A stretch of DNA of 64,000 nucleotides from Octopus sinensis (Eukaryota). The position numbers were made by a program, and so were the translations under genes. How positions within the stretch are numbered: the stretch's first letter is position 1; every line of letters starts with the position of its first letter. Shown one piece after another: positions 38,447 through 51,877 of the stretch. The notes below the pieces were generated by a model that saw only the letters and a list, made by a program, of their open reading frames with translations, did no database searches and was not told where the DNA came from. The stretch lies in contig NC_043012.1 of assembly GCF_006345805.1 (NCBI RefSeq), positions 38,192,001 to 38,256,000 on the forward strand, written 5' to 3'.

Positions 38447-40057
38447 ATATATACGGTTGTGTGTAAATGTATGCATACAGGTATTTTATTTGCATTCATG
38501 TATTTATTATGTATTTATCTGTTGTGTCTCTTCTGCATACTCACCCTTCCCACCTCTCTCTCTCTTTCTCGCTCTCACTGTCGCTTGCCCCTTCTTCTAT
38601 CTGTCATTTCTTCTGCGTATATTCTGTGTGTTTATGTGTGTGTGTGTGCGTGTGTGTAGATGTGTGAGAGTGTGTTTGCACTAGCGTGTTTTTATAACGT
38701 GTATAAAAGTGATATTTGCATATATTCATATGTATATCTGATATTCTGATAAACACACACACACACACATGTACATACATACATAATATATGTATATATA
38801 TATATATATTCATACATATATATACATATATATACATACAGATACATACATACATACATACATACATACATACGTATATATACGCACATATATGTTACTA
38901 TATATATATAGGGGTGTATATATATGTATACATATATAATTTGCGCCCATATGTATATTCATAAATACACACATACGTACACACAAACATACACACATCC
39001 ATACTCGTACATACTCTAACATAGATACATATACGCATTTACACACACGCGTATGTTTATGAATATTGAGAGGTACATATATTTCTGTAAACGTATACAT
39101 ATATTTATGAATACAGATAGATAAATTTACAATGAATTCATGCAACATAAAATATAGTGGTGAATGTGCAACTATGGTTAACAGAATAAGTGAAACTTCA
39201 CAGACTTTAAAATGACTATTATCTGAATGAAAAATCTTTAATGCTCGATTCTGATGATGTACTAAATTGTTGCCTTGGGACCTAGTTTCATATTTAACTC
39301 TCCCATGAAAGTCGTAGAGATTCATTTTATACAAGTAAGTACAGTTGACTTTGTTGTTATTCTTTACATTTACAAATATTGCTGGCAAGATTCAGTGTAC
39401 CGAGCTTGTAGTTTGTAGGTAGTGTAGTGGATTATAAGGCAACAGGCAAGAAGTTCGTTTCCTACTAGCAGCACCAGCTGTAGGTCAGCAGTATGTTTCA
39501 GCTTTTACTTTTTCCAGTCATTGGATTGCGGTCATGCTGGTGAGGTGGGGGCCGCCACGAAGGGTTTTACTCGAAGGTATCGACCCCAGCCTCTTTTGTT
39601 TTTGTAAGTGTGGTGCTTATTTTATCCGTGTCTTTTGTCGAATCGCTATTTTATGGGGACGTAATCAAACCAATAGCGGTTGTCAAGCAGTGGTGCGGGA
39701 TAACCACAAATAACACACATAAACACACACACACACACACAAGCGCGCGCGTACACACACACACACACACATAAATCCAATTTGAAGACTTTGGACGACT
39801 TAGGACTATAGTGGAAGACACTTGCTCAAGAACTATTTCGAGTAGTTGTATGTAACTTATGCACAAGGCCAGCAATTTTGCGGTAGAGTCCTAGTCCATA
39901 CTGTGGACCCTGATACTTAGGTAATAATCTATTATATGGACCGCAAAAGAACGAAAGGCAAAGTTGACATTAGCAGGGTTTGAACTCAGAACGTAAAGAA
40001 CTGGGAGAAAAAACATAAGACATTTATTCTGACGTCCTCACAATTGTACTAGCTCAT

Positions 40058-40190
40058 CAAATATAAGACCAGATCAGGCTTGGTAAAATAGATCTATGTT
40101 CAAATATAAGACCAGGTCAGGCTTGGTTGAATAAATCTATGTTCAAATATAAGACCAGATCAGGCTTGGTTGAATAGGTCTATGATCAAA
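40058..40190. repeat. 43-bp minisatellite x3
   Basis: caaatataagaccagatcaggcttggt..aatagatctatgtt repeated three times. Confidence 0.9.
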
Positions 40191-43060
40191 GACATTCCAG
40201 CCATAATCATTTAGCCTCTTTCTATATTTTCTGTGAGATTGTTCAGTGTGTTTGTCTATTATTTTAAGACTGTAGGATAGGATTTGTATTTTAAGGATGA
40301 GTACTTCTGCTAATAACGGCCCCAGCTACGAGTGCGTTTGAACTGGGCCTGTCGTATATGCCAAGTGTGATAAAAATCAAACTCTTGGTGGATAACGAGA
40401 ACTTATAAGACATAAGTTAAATAAATAAAAAAATAAAACGTTCCCCGCTATTTGTGTTTGTCCCCCTTTCGAAACAGGGGGTAACGTCGGCGTAAATGAA
40501 TATATTTTGGGGTGATTGGTTAAAAAAGTATCCCGACCCCTGGAATAGTCGCTCGATCTCCTACCAATGGTTGTTACTTTTCCCTCAAAATACATCTTAA
40601 TATTTTAAATAAAAGCTATATTAAACAACTGACTAACCTAAGAGAATCTTGCTTCTTAAGAAACGAAGACAGACAACGAATTACAGACAATCGCTTCAAC
40701 CAGTTTTCTGTCATAATATCGTCAATGAATAAATAAAATAAATAAATACATAAAAACATACATAAACAAACAGGAGACAGAAAGGAAAAACGTCGTCGAA
40801 TCGATGTGATTGAACTATTATAAATACATACATAACTTTCTATAAACATGTAAATGTTATATTTTATCCTCCATCACAAATAGTCTTGACGAATGAGAAG
40901 AATCAATATAACCGACTCTAGTGGTTTAACCCCAGGTTAGTTCTCATCAAGCACACCTATGATCAAATGTGTTTCTATATCAGGAATGACATTGTCCATT
41001 GGTTGCTATCTTTTGCAAGTCGAGCGTCCCCGTAGAGGTTATCTGTACTAACACACGTCTTCTCTTTTCCCTTTTAGTAATGTGAAGCAAATGAGAGATA
41101 AATTTATTCCTAGTCTATTGCAGGATTGGGGTTATCCACAAAAGCAAGTTCTACATGAACCGGTGTTGTATTTGTACCGTTTCAGCTGCTGTCAATGTTG
41201 CTCATAAAGGTGAGTTGTTCTTACTTGGAAGGACCACTTTACATCAAAGTGAACACACTCACCTGTCTTGGGGATGGACATTTACTACACTGCCACCTAA
41301 GCCCACCTCCCAATGACTCTGTAATAAAAAAAAACTGGCTCTTCGTCGATTACAATGATGAGGATTCCGGTTGATCCGATCAACGGGACAGCTTGCACGT
41401 GAGATTAACGTGTAAGTGGTTGAGTACTCCACAGACTCACGTACATTCAACATAGTTCTCGTGGAGATTCAGCGTGACACAATGTGACAAACTGGCCCTT
41501 TGAAATATAGGTACTGCTCATTTTTGCCAGCTGAGTGCACCGGAGTAACGTGAAATAAAGTGTCTTGCTCAAGGACTCTTCGTGCCTTCGGGAATCGAAC
41601 TCGCGGCTTTACGATTGTCAGCCGAATATACTAATTACTGAGCCAGGCGCCTTCGTTCTGTCATGAAGTACCCTGATCACGTCATCCTTTGTATCCTGGT
41701 TGTGATCATATTCCTCTTCTTCGTTTCTATCTCGCATTAGCGGTCTCTGTCATCATTCTCCTTCCATATTCTTCAGGAAATAATATTCTCTCCGAATTTG
41801 GCACATGACCAGGAATTTTAAGGCGGGGTGGGGAGTCAATTACAGGGGCCCCAATGCTCGTCTGATACTTATTTTATCGACTCTGAAAGGAAGAACTGCA
41901 AAGTCGATTTTTTCAAAGTAATAATACGAATAGTTTCTTTCCTTCGTTACAAGAGTTGAAGACGTTGGGAACATTAAGAATCAAAATACAAAAGAGAAAA
42001 AAAAAGGGGGGCAGAAACTGTTTTTGCCGAAGATTTGTGATGAGTGATGTATTAAAGGATTTGGTTCGATTTTCACAACGGACCCTCGTTCCGTCGTTCT
42101 AAATTCGACGTAAACCAACAAACAATTCATGGACACTGAATGGATCTACGCCGAATAGTTTATTGATTCCGTGCACAGCTCAGACAGGTAGAACCCTTTG
42201 GCACTTAAACCTGCCATATCCGGTCTAAATGTTCTACTTATTTTACGTTTAAGCTAGCCAGATCTGGTCTCTTACACTTACCTTACAATGTCATTCTAAA
42301 AATAAATAATCACATCTTTGAAATCTCAAAGTTACGAGATAATAAATACATAATTAATTCAAAACAATGCAAATAAAGAAGTATTAATTATCTCGGAGTA
42401 ATCTGAATATTAATTGGTTAATTATTGATGGATGCACACAACCAAAAAACAGGGGTTTATTCCGAATAGGCGCGGTCTCCTTCTTCGTAGAAATTTCAGG
42501 TCAAAGACTTTTGGAAATTGTCTCTTATCCTTCAAATGAAAATCATTACATTTTCTTCGTCGATGTCCAGAGCTAATCGCTCACAGAACATTTTCGTTTA
42601 CATTCTCCGCCAATCTTCGATAGAATATAAAAGTTGGCTTCCCATCGACCAAATTGTTCAGCTGGTAGACTGCAATGAGGGTCAGGCAATATTCCAGATG
42701 CCGAATACTCAATTTCAATCCACACATGATGTGGGTCTGCAACTCGATGAAAGAAAAGAGGTTCTGAAGGATTTCTGATACGAACGGCGCCTGCGCCTGT
42801 CTGACAGTCGTCGTCGTCATCATTCATAACCTTCTGTCTGTATATCGTCTACTACAGCCCTTGAAGTGACGATTGACAACAGGCAATCCTGTCCCTTCAA
42901 TCTTCAGATATGAGCATATATTTCCTGAATAATATACGCTGTCGTTGGAAGGAACCCCTAAAACTATGTACCTAATAATTACTTCTGCCAAGTCTTTTGA
43001 GGAAAGTCACCTCTCAGACAATTTCTAAACAGCCTCCAGGCGATATTTACCTATATTTTT

Positions 43061-43345
43061 TTATCCAGTTGGGCTTGATGTCCAAACCCCACCGCATGAG
43101 TACTCCTTTTGGCGCTTCTGGCCCTTCTCTAGAATGGTACCGACTACTCTGATTTCCGTTGCGTCCAGTACCGTGACAGAAACGTAGTCAACATATGGAG
43201 ACACAACCCTTTTTTCTTCAACTCGGCTACAATGTCTCCAGCGCCAGAACATACAGAAGACACGGAAAGACGGCTTTCTTGGCGGATCGAACGAACTGGT
43301 TCTGTGAAATGGTTCCGATAAAAGGCCATTTAATTTCACTAACTG
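43061..43345 (-). pseudogene. L1/Tx1-like reverse transcriptase remnant
   Basis: Across frames: KLNGLLSEPF, RSIRQES, LLYVLALETL, SPYVDYVSVTV, resembling RQG.PLSPLLY.LALEP / SAYADDV. Confidence 0.5.
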
Positions 43346-45293
43346 AATAGATGCTAATTGGCAATTTTACAAACAGCAGGAAACAACATACACAACAACG
43401 GAGTTAGCAAAATCTTCCGTTATTTTTACCTGATACAAAATCACTTTGATTAAAAGAGAAGTTAATGTTACTAGACTTTCTAGCCTGACGATTTCATTGA
43501 AGATGAGCAAAGAGAAAAAAACCATAACTGTGTTGACCATAAAAATACGGAGGAGTTTTCAATATATCCTCAAAAGAGCAATTGACGGAAGTTCTGGCTG
43601 TTAAACGGAAAACATAGTTTTCCTCAACTAAGGAAGGGCAAATGATATTATATGTCTGACCTTCAAAAAACGACACGAGACTCACCGGCCATTTCGTTTC
43701 GTCTCATAGCTTGAGCATGCTAATAACGACGTCGTCATTATTGATGATGTTATTACAAACAGTGTCCCAGACTTTTATGCATATTAGTTTTAGGTATTTC
43801 TGTGGAATAATCATTTTCGTTTCAACTAGTTTTGCAGCCGTCTCCGTTTGTTGTTGCTGATGTTTTAGATGCCATTAACAAAAATACAACATATAAGATA
43901 TAAGAATTTTTTGTTTTTTTTAAATACTGCAGCCGGTCACATATAGGATGTAGTTTATAGTTGTTTGGCAGCCATTTTAAAACAATGATGGTTTTATTCA
44001 ACAGATTTTATTGAAAGGTAACGATGCAGAGGGGAAGCTTAGCGTCTCTGCAAGATTTCTTTTCTTATGGAGTTAGGGCTGTTTCAGTAATCGCCTTGTT
44101 TGTGCTTTACCAATATGGTTGTTTCGTAATTTATCACGGCGTAGTGGATGTAAGCTAATAGTATAAGGGTTGTATATAAATCGATGAGTTCCCAATAACC
44201 TCGGATACAGAACCCCATCAAATGCTTTGCATTAATCCTAAACTCGAGTTATGTTAAATTGTCTTCTTTTTCTTCTGCTGTCTCGTATCTTAGTCTGTTT
44301 TTTCTCCGCTGAAAATAACAGCCACCTTTTACCTTTCCGGTATCCTTCCTGCACCTAAGGTAATACGTGACCTTGTAATATGTTATTGCTTTCTAAGGGG
44401 ACAAAGAATGATTTGGCAGAATTGCTAGAGCATAGGAGAAAAAGCATTTCAGGATTTGGTGTAGCTATTTACGAAGTGAAACCTCACCGAGGACAAGTCT
44501 GCTTTTCATCCTTTTGGGGTCGATGGAATAGAATAGCAGTCATAAACTGGGGTCTATATGATTGCCTATTGCTCTCCCACAAATAAGCAATGTACCTCTG
44601 CTGGAAACGATCATCATCGTCCTCCTCCTCTACGCCCTCCTACTATTCCTCCTCTTCCTCGTCGTCGTCGTCATCCTCCTCCTCGTTCTCCTCACCCTCG
44701 CCCTCCACCTCGGCCTCCTCCTCATCACTTATCCTACACCCCCACACACGTATATATATATATACATACACACCCAAATATATATATATATACATATATC
44801 TATATATACATACATACATATATATATGTATTTACATATATATATATATATACACATATGCAAATATGCATATGTATATGAGTAGTTATGTCTGTTTGTG
44901 TATGCATGAATATATTTACATACATATATATACGTGCATACATTATATATATATAATGTTACACATATAAACATATATTATGTATATATATAAATATGTG
45001 TATGTGTATGCAAGCACGTATGTATATATGTGTATATATGTATATATGCATATATCTATGCATATCTATGTGTATATAAATGTATGTATGTATGATAGAA
45101 TTTATGTATATATCCTGCATTTTGTAGGAGATCTAAAGAATGAAAATGGATTATTTTAGAGATATTTAGTATTTGTGTAGATATTGGAGGCGGGAGTGGG
45201 GAGTGGGTGGCAGTGAAATCAGGTTATCTAGACACTGATATCCTGTTATGTGTGATCTTTCAGACATGAGAAATCTCCATAAACATCAATATG

Positions 45294-45328
<35 letters not shown>

Positions 45329-45352
45329 TATTATATTATTATTATTATTATT

Positions 45353-45399
<47 letters not shown>

Positions 45400-45630
45400 T
45401 ATTATTATTATTGTTATTATTATTATTATTATATTATTATTATTATTATTATTTATTGTTATTATTATTATTATCAGTAGCAGTCATCATCAGCACCACC
45501 ATCATCATTACCCACTACGAACCACCACCACCACCACCATTGTTATTTTTACTATCATTCTTGTCATGATTATGGTTGTTCTTATCATTATTATTACTAT
45601 AGTTCATTATTAATGTTGTGGTTGTTGTTG

Positions 45631-45680
<50 letters not shown>

Positions 45681-45738
45681 GTCAGTATTAGTACTATTGC
45701 TATTGTTGTTGCTACTATTAGTATTATTTTTGCAGCTG

Positions 45739-45785
<47 letters not shown>

Positions 45786-45854
45786 TCTATCATCATTATT
45801 ATTATCATTATCATTATCATTATTATTACTATTATTATTATTGTTGTTGTTGTT

Positions 45855-45885
<31 letters not shown>

Positions 45886-46830
45886 TTATAAACCATTGCA
45901 GATCGAAGCATTTGACGTTGCTGCATCACGAGAAAAATAAAGAACAAAATAATGAAAAAGCAGCAAAGCAAAATAAAAAATAAAAATAAATAAAACGAAA
46001 ATGCAGACATCGAATAAAAAACAAGAAAATAACAAACAAACAAAACAAAGAAAAAACAGAACAAGAATAATAAACACCGAGCCCCACCGTCCACCCTACC
46101 CACTCTTAAAATAAAAGTAAAAAGTAACACAAACAAAACAAAATAATACTGTGGCCAAAAACAAAAGCAAACCAGATGAATAATAGTGACCTGTGAGTGA
46201 AAGTTAGAGTCGTCATGTGAAATATAAAACCCCATAAAAAATAGATACAGCAGCGCCACCAGCGGCAAGATGGCGTTGGTAGGTGTCAATATGGAATATA
46301 TTCAGTTTACTTTGAATAGAAAATTACAGAAGCTTATAAAAAAAATGAAGAAATACTCAACGGCACAACATGAACAACAACAAAAACAACCACAGCTGCT
46401 GCTGCTGCTAATATTTCTGCTACTATTGCTGCTACTACTAGTACTGCTGCTGTTACAAAAACTGCTACGGTTACAACAAGATGAAGAACATGAACAATAT
46501 AGGAAAAGAATCAAGAGATTATTAATGACAAAACCAGACTATTGTGGATTTAAAAATGAAGCAGAGTAAAAAAAATATGGAGTTTAAAACGAAAGTGATG
46601 CCATCTTTTCTACGTATTTTCACCGTTTCATGTAGATATATATCGTAAAAATCTATGTATGTATGTATGTATGTATGTATGTATGTATGTATGTATGTAT
46701 GTATGTATGTATGTATGTATGTATGTATGTGTGTATGTATGTATCTATCTATCTATATCTGTCGGTCAATCTGTGAGCCTATCCTTTTGTCGCAGTGTAT
46801 ATATATATACGTATACACACACACATATTA

Positions 46831-47056
46831 CTCTTTTTACTCTTTTTACTTGTTTCAGTCATTTGACTGCGGCCATGCTGGAGCACCGCCTTTAGTCGAG
46901 CAAATCGACCCCGGGACTTATTCTTTGTAAGCCCAGTACTTATTCTATCGGTCTCTTTTGCCGAACCGCTAAGTTACGGGGACGTAAACACACCAGCATC
47001 GGTTGTCAAGCAATGCTAGGGGAACAAACACAGACACACAAACATATTCACACACA

Positions 47057-47106
<50 letters not shown>

Positions 47107-47283
47107 ATATATACATATATACGACAGGCTTCTTTCAGTTCCGTCTACCAAATCCACTCACAAGGCATTGGTCGGCCCGGGGCTATAGCAGAAGACACGT
47201 GCCCAAGATGCCACGCAGTGGGACTGAACCCGGAACCATATGGTTGGTTAGCAAGCTACTTACCACACAGCCACTCCTGCTCC

Positions 47284-47284
<1 letters not shown>
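46831..47284 (-). mobile_element. tRNA-derived SINE family 1 with internal (TA/TG)n (other copies 59043-59472 -, 32786-33165 +, 35460-35790 +, 39505-39850 -, 18888-19050 +, 34818-34945 +, 24990-25140 +, 31865-31995 -)
   Basis: A-box-like TGGCTGTGTGG, B-box-like GGTTCAGTCCC; multiple dispersed homologous copies. Confidence 0.85.
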
Positions 47285-47316
<32 letters not shown>

Positions 47317-47703
47317 CAGTATATGCGAGTATATATGTGTGTATATGTATGTATGCGCATATATATATGCGTGTTTGCGTATGTGTATATGTACCTGCAT
47401 ACACTTTTAATGACTGTAATTTTGAAGTTTCATCGGGTGAATGTCCTATTCAAGTCGACAGTTTGAATATGCCATAAACCTTGCACAGCCACGAAGTCAT
47501 TCTCGATAAATTTGTAAGAAATAGCAAACTTTATATCGCTATTGACGTCTTCAGTCTCTTAACGTTTGCTCTTTTTATGTCTCTGAAATAGCGTCGTTCT
47601 TGAAATATTCGCACGTACGTACGTGAGCGCACGCACACATAAATGCGTATGTGTGCTGTGGTCATATGGTGTGTCTGTGTGGCTAGATATGTAAGATGTA
47701 TAC

Positions 47704-47746
<43 letters not shown>

Positions 47747-47811
47747 CATACATGTTTATTGACAGGCTTGTTTGTACTGATATATTTATACATAATATAA
47801 CTATATATACA

Positions 47812-48952
47812 CTAGCATTAAAGACCCGTCGTTGCCGGGTCATAGTGCTAGTGCATGTATATATGTGTATATATATGTGTAATTATTACATGTACATCTA
47901 TATATATACATCTACACATAAAATGCAAAATACAAAGTTATATCTTGATATCGCTGGTGATAACAATACTCAAAATATATAACAGACTGGAATTGTTAGC
48001 CCATCCCTTGTAATTTCGATCAATTGTATCTTGTCCTCCCTCTTGTATAGAAGTGTGGCTACAATCCAGCCTATCTCTACTTCTGGAGGGACATTTTAAA
48101 TTTTTTCCGGGACATCCTACGTCCCAGATATAAAGGTAAAAATAAAATATTTCCACTTTGCAAGTTCGAGTCGAGTACTCCCTTGACTCGAACCTTGCTT
48201 CTATTGTGGCGAATTTACCGCCTCTGATTAGATACCTTTCATAGTCGCACCAAGACACTTTTCGAAGGTGCTTTCCTCCATGTGTTCAAATCTTTTTTCT
48301 CTACATTGTATACTTTATAGACAATAGTCTTTTCTTTAATTTAACTTTTTATTATCCATCTGGACTATTCCATTTCTGCACGCTAATTTTATTTTTAATT
48401 TATTCCCATTAATATGAAACCACTTATTCAGGTTCAAATCATTGATGTAATTTTATACCAATTACTATTTTTACTTTTGTTATGTTACGATTATATTATA
48501 CTTTAGTTTGATTTTAATTATTACTTACTACATATAATTCAATTGTTATTATTATTTTTATTGTTAAAATAGAGAAACGTTTTTGTTTCACTTTTAACAC
48601 GTAATACTGAAATAGTGGAGAAGATATGATATTGCTATGGGCTCGCTCTAGGCAAGAAGTTGAACATTTCTTTTGCCCATGAAACTACACGGATCCTAAA
48701 TAAGGCATGTGTAAAATTTGAATGGAATTGGTTGTGTAGTTCTCAAGTATTAGGGAATCGTATTGGAGAAGATATGATATTGCTGTGGGCTCGCCCTAGG
48801 CAAAAAGTTCAAAAGTTTTTTTTATCGATGACACTCCCCGGACCCTAAGTAAGGCATGTGTAAAATTCGAATGAAATTGGTTGTGTAGTTCTCAAGTTTT
48901 AGGGAAACACACAGACAGACAGACAACATTCTCAGTTTTATATATATAAAGA
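47812..48952 (-). mobile_element. Non-autonomous Helitron
   Basis: Nearly the same 5' terminus as 32452 (TCTTTATATATATAAAACTGAGAATG); 3' hairpin GACCCG/CGGGTC followed by CTAG|T at 47812; shares about 32040-32452 sequence, with an internal ~150-bp duplication. Confidence 0.85.
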
Positions 48953-48955
48953 TAT

Positions 48956-48999
<44 letters not shown>

Positions 49000-49029
49000 C
49001 ATGCGTGTGTATGTATATATGTATTTACG

Positions 49030-49079
<50 letters not shown>

Positions 49080-49234
49080 TGGGTGTATGTGTGTGCGTAT
49101 GTATATAAATATAACTAATGTAGGTGTTTATATCCACCTCGAGAGGGGTATCAACGTCTCATGTGGCATATTGATAATTGCTGAGATTTATTTCCGCATG
49201 TAACCAATGGCAGCCTTTTTATTCCCCAATAAAG

Positions 49235-49532
49235 TATACATGCATACATACATGCACACATACATACATACATACATACATACATACATACATGCACACA
49301 TACATACATACATACATACATACATACATGCACACATACATACATACATACATACATACATACATACATGCACACATACATACATACATACATACATACA
49401 TACATACATACATACATACATGCACACATACATACATACATACATACATACATACATACATACATACATGCACACATACATACATACATACATACATACA
49501 TACATACATACATACATACATACATGCACACA

Positions 49533-49619
<87 letters not shown>

Positions 49620-49620
49620 G
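49235..49620. repeat. (ATAC)n microsatellite with interspersed ATGCAC variants, followed by (CA)n/(TA)n
   Basis: Directly visible; (TA)n, (CA)n and (ATAC)n arrays recur throughout the window. Confidence 0.97.
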
Positions 49621-50888
49621 TGTGTGTGTCTGTGTGTATATATGTATAGAAGTTTAGAAGGGAAGATGAAGAGAGAGAAGTGGTCATGAAGTCATTTCTC
49701 CTATCTGCATATATATATATATATATATATTCGACACGTGGTGTCCTCAATGGCTGATTATTCCTTTCCTTATTCTTGAAGGTTGGTAGAAACATTTTAA
49801 CAAGTTATTAGGCGTAAACCATTCCACTTTCCTTCTTTCTTTGCTCTTCTTTTACTCCAATCTCCAAGTAATGATTAAACCACCAAATGTGTCGCTGAGC
49901 ATCACTTCAGTTCGTCTGACGCTTGAAACACAACGATGCTACAATAAAATACTTTACAAACGAAGTCTATTGAAAGAAAAATTGATACCATTCTCTGCCC
50001 TTTTCCTTCCCCGAATAAACTTCATTGTAGAAGTACAACTGACCTCAATAGGGATTCAAAGTGTGGCATTCTGATTGGCCAGCTAGTTATCATTCTGTTA
50101 TATCTTCTGTTTACTAATGTGTATTTCTACACAGCAAGACTAAAAAGTATAATTTCTTCAACAATTCATCAATGTAAAAGAAAAAGAAGAAAAAGCTGCG
50201 TTGTGTTATCTCGCTTTCCCTCAGATGCTTTCCGACAGCAAAATTGTATATTCAAATTTCGACATTCATTTTTCTAGTTTCTTTGATCGCTTGCATTATA
50301 CTAAATTGAACGATCTTAATAGAACTTGTCAAACAATCAAACCACTTTTTTTCCTGCAAAAAATAATAAACAAAATAAAACAGAAACAAAATGTACTTCT
50401 GGTGAAGAAAGAATATAAGAAATTATAGCCAACTGATATAGAAGACAGCTTGACTGTCATTTGTAATAACTGCAATTCTAATAACTACAACAGGGACTGT
50501 CTATATGGTCCAGCGACCATATGGCTAGACATAGCAGCCTAATCTCCTTCAAATTATGGTTTGCTAGCTTTAAATGGACAGACCAATACACTGGATAACC
50601 CGTTACTAGAGGCACACTGTGCAGAAAGACGGGCTGGTTGGACCACTTTCCCTCTTCGGCCAACTCAGTCAGAGTTGCAATGAGCATATGTTCAATTACA
50701 GCAAGCTGTCCCCCATATAATTCGTAAGGTTCTACTCAAGGTTAAACCACTGCATCTTCTTCTCTCTTTTTTTTATCCAACTACGTACAATAAGCAACGT
50801 ATTTATTGCCTTAGTGCTTCTGTTTATTAATTCTCTGGAATATATATATATATATATATATATATCTATATATATATATATCTATATA

Positions 50889-50930
<42 letters not shown>

Positions 50931-50977
50931 ACATATATATATATATATATATATATGTATACATATATATATATATT

Positions 50978-51022
<45 letters not shown>

Positions 51023-51160
51023 GTATATGTATATAATTTACAAGATAAGGGCAGAAGAAAAATTCTAATGCCAGATACGCCGAAACAAAAAATTTGTCGA
51101 TAACCATTAAATTTATGCGTCTCGAAACAAACCGATAGAAATCTCTAAAAAATTCGTTAT

Positions 51161-51219
51161 TACCGTATTGGTCCAATTTCGGGGTTAATTCACAAGAAAT
51201 GTTCCCCTCTTCAGCGGCA
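51161..51219 (-). ncRNA. Type I hammerhead ribozyme, canonical core (left arm of inverted pair)
   Basis: Reverse complement of the 51535-51593 motif with one substitution in the stem II loop. Confidence 0.88.
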
Positions 51220-51534
51220 CATACGCGAGATATAAATGAAATACTTATTCATACCCACGGAAGAAGCAAGCACCAAGTCCCGAGCAGACTTAAGTACCCC
51301 AAATATATATCCAAAATAGAAAAAGAAAATATCCTATATCAATTATAAATAGATTAGTGTTCACTTCCGGATTCTATTACTCTGTGAAAGTTTCTAGTTC
51401 GAATCACACGTCTCTCGAGGTGCGCGGAATATTTTTCTATTTTGGATATATTTGGGGTACTTAAGTCTGCTCGGGACTTGGTGCTTGCTTCTTCCGTGGG
51501 TATGAATAAGTATTTCATTTATATCTCGCGTATG

Positions 51535-51593
51535 TGCCGCTGAAGAGGGGAAAATTTCTTGTGAATTAACCCCGAAATTGGACCAATACGGTA
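51535..51593 (+). ncRNA. Type I hammerhead ribozyme, canonical core (right arm of inverted pair)
   Basis: TGCCG-CTGAAGA-GGGG(aaaatttcttgtgaattaa)CCCC-GAAA-TTGG A CCAA-TA-CGGTA; AUA triplet, cut after 51588. Confidence 0.9.
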
Positions 51594-51839
51594 ATAACGA
51601 ATTTTTTAGAGATTTCTATCGGTTTGTTTCGAGACGCATAAATTTAATGGTTATCGACAATTTTTTTGTTTCGGCGTATCTGGCATTAGAATTTTTCTTC
51701 TGCCCTTATCTTGTAAATTATGCATAAATTTTACCTTTAAAGGCACTTTTTGATATGCTGGCCATTGATAAAATTATTTTCCCGAAAAAATTTTTACCCT
51801 ATATCAATTATATATATAATGTAGTAATCGTCACCACCT

Positions 51840-51874
<35 letters not shown>

Positions 51875-51877
<3 letters not shown>

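Larger units (their letters stand above)
51034..51720. mobile_element. HHR-bearing inverted-repeat element (~290-bp arms)
   Basis: Arms 51034-51324 and 51432-51720 are near-identical (about three differences by eye), ~107-bp spacer, (TA)n to the left. Confidence 0.8.

Noticed and set aside
40058-40190. Regularly spaced repeats superficially like a CRISPR array
   Set aside because: Contiguous 43-bp units without unique spacers, no cas genes, eukaryotic context.
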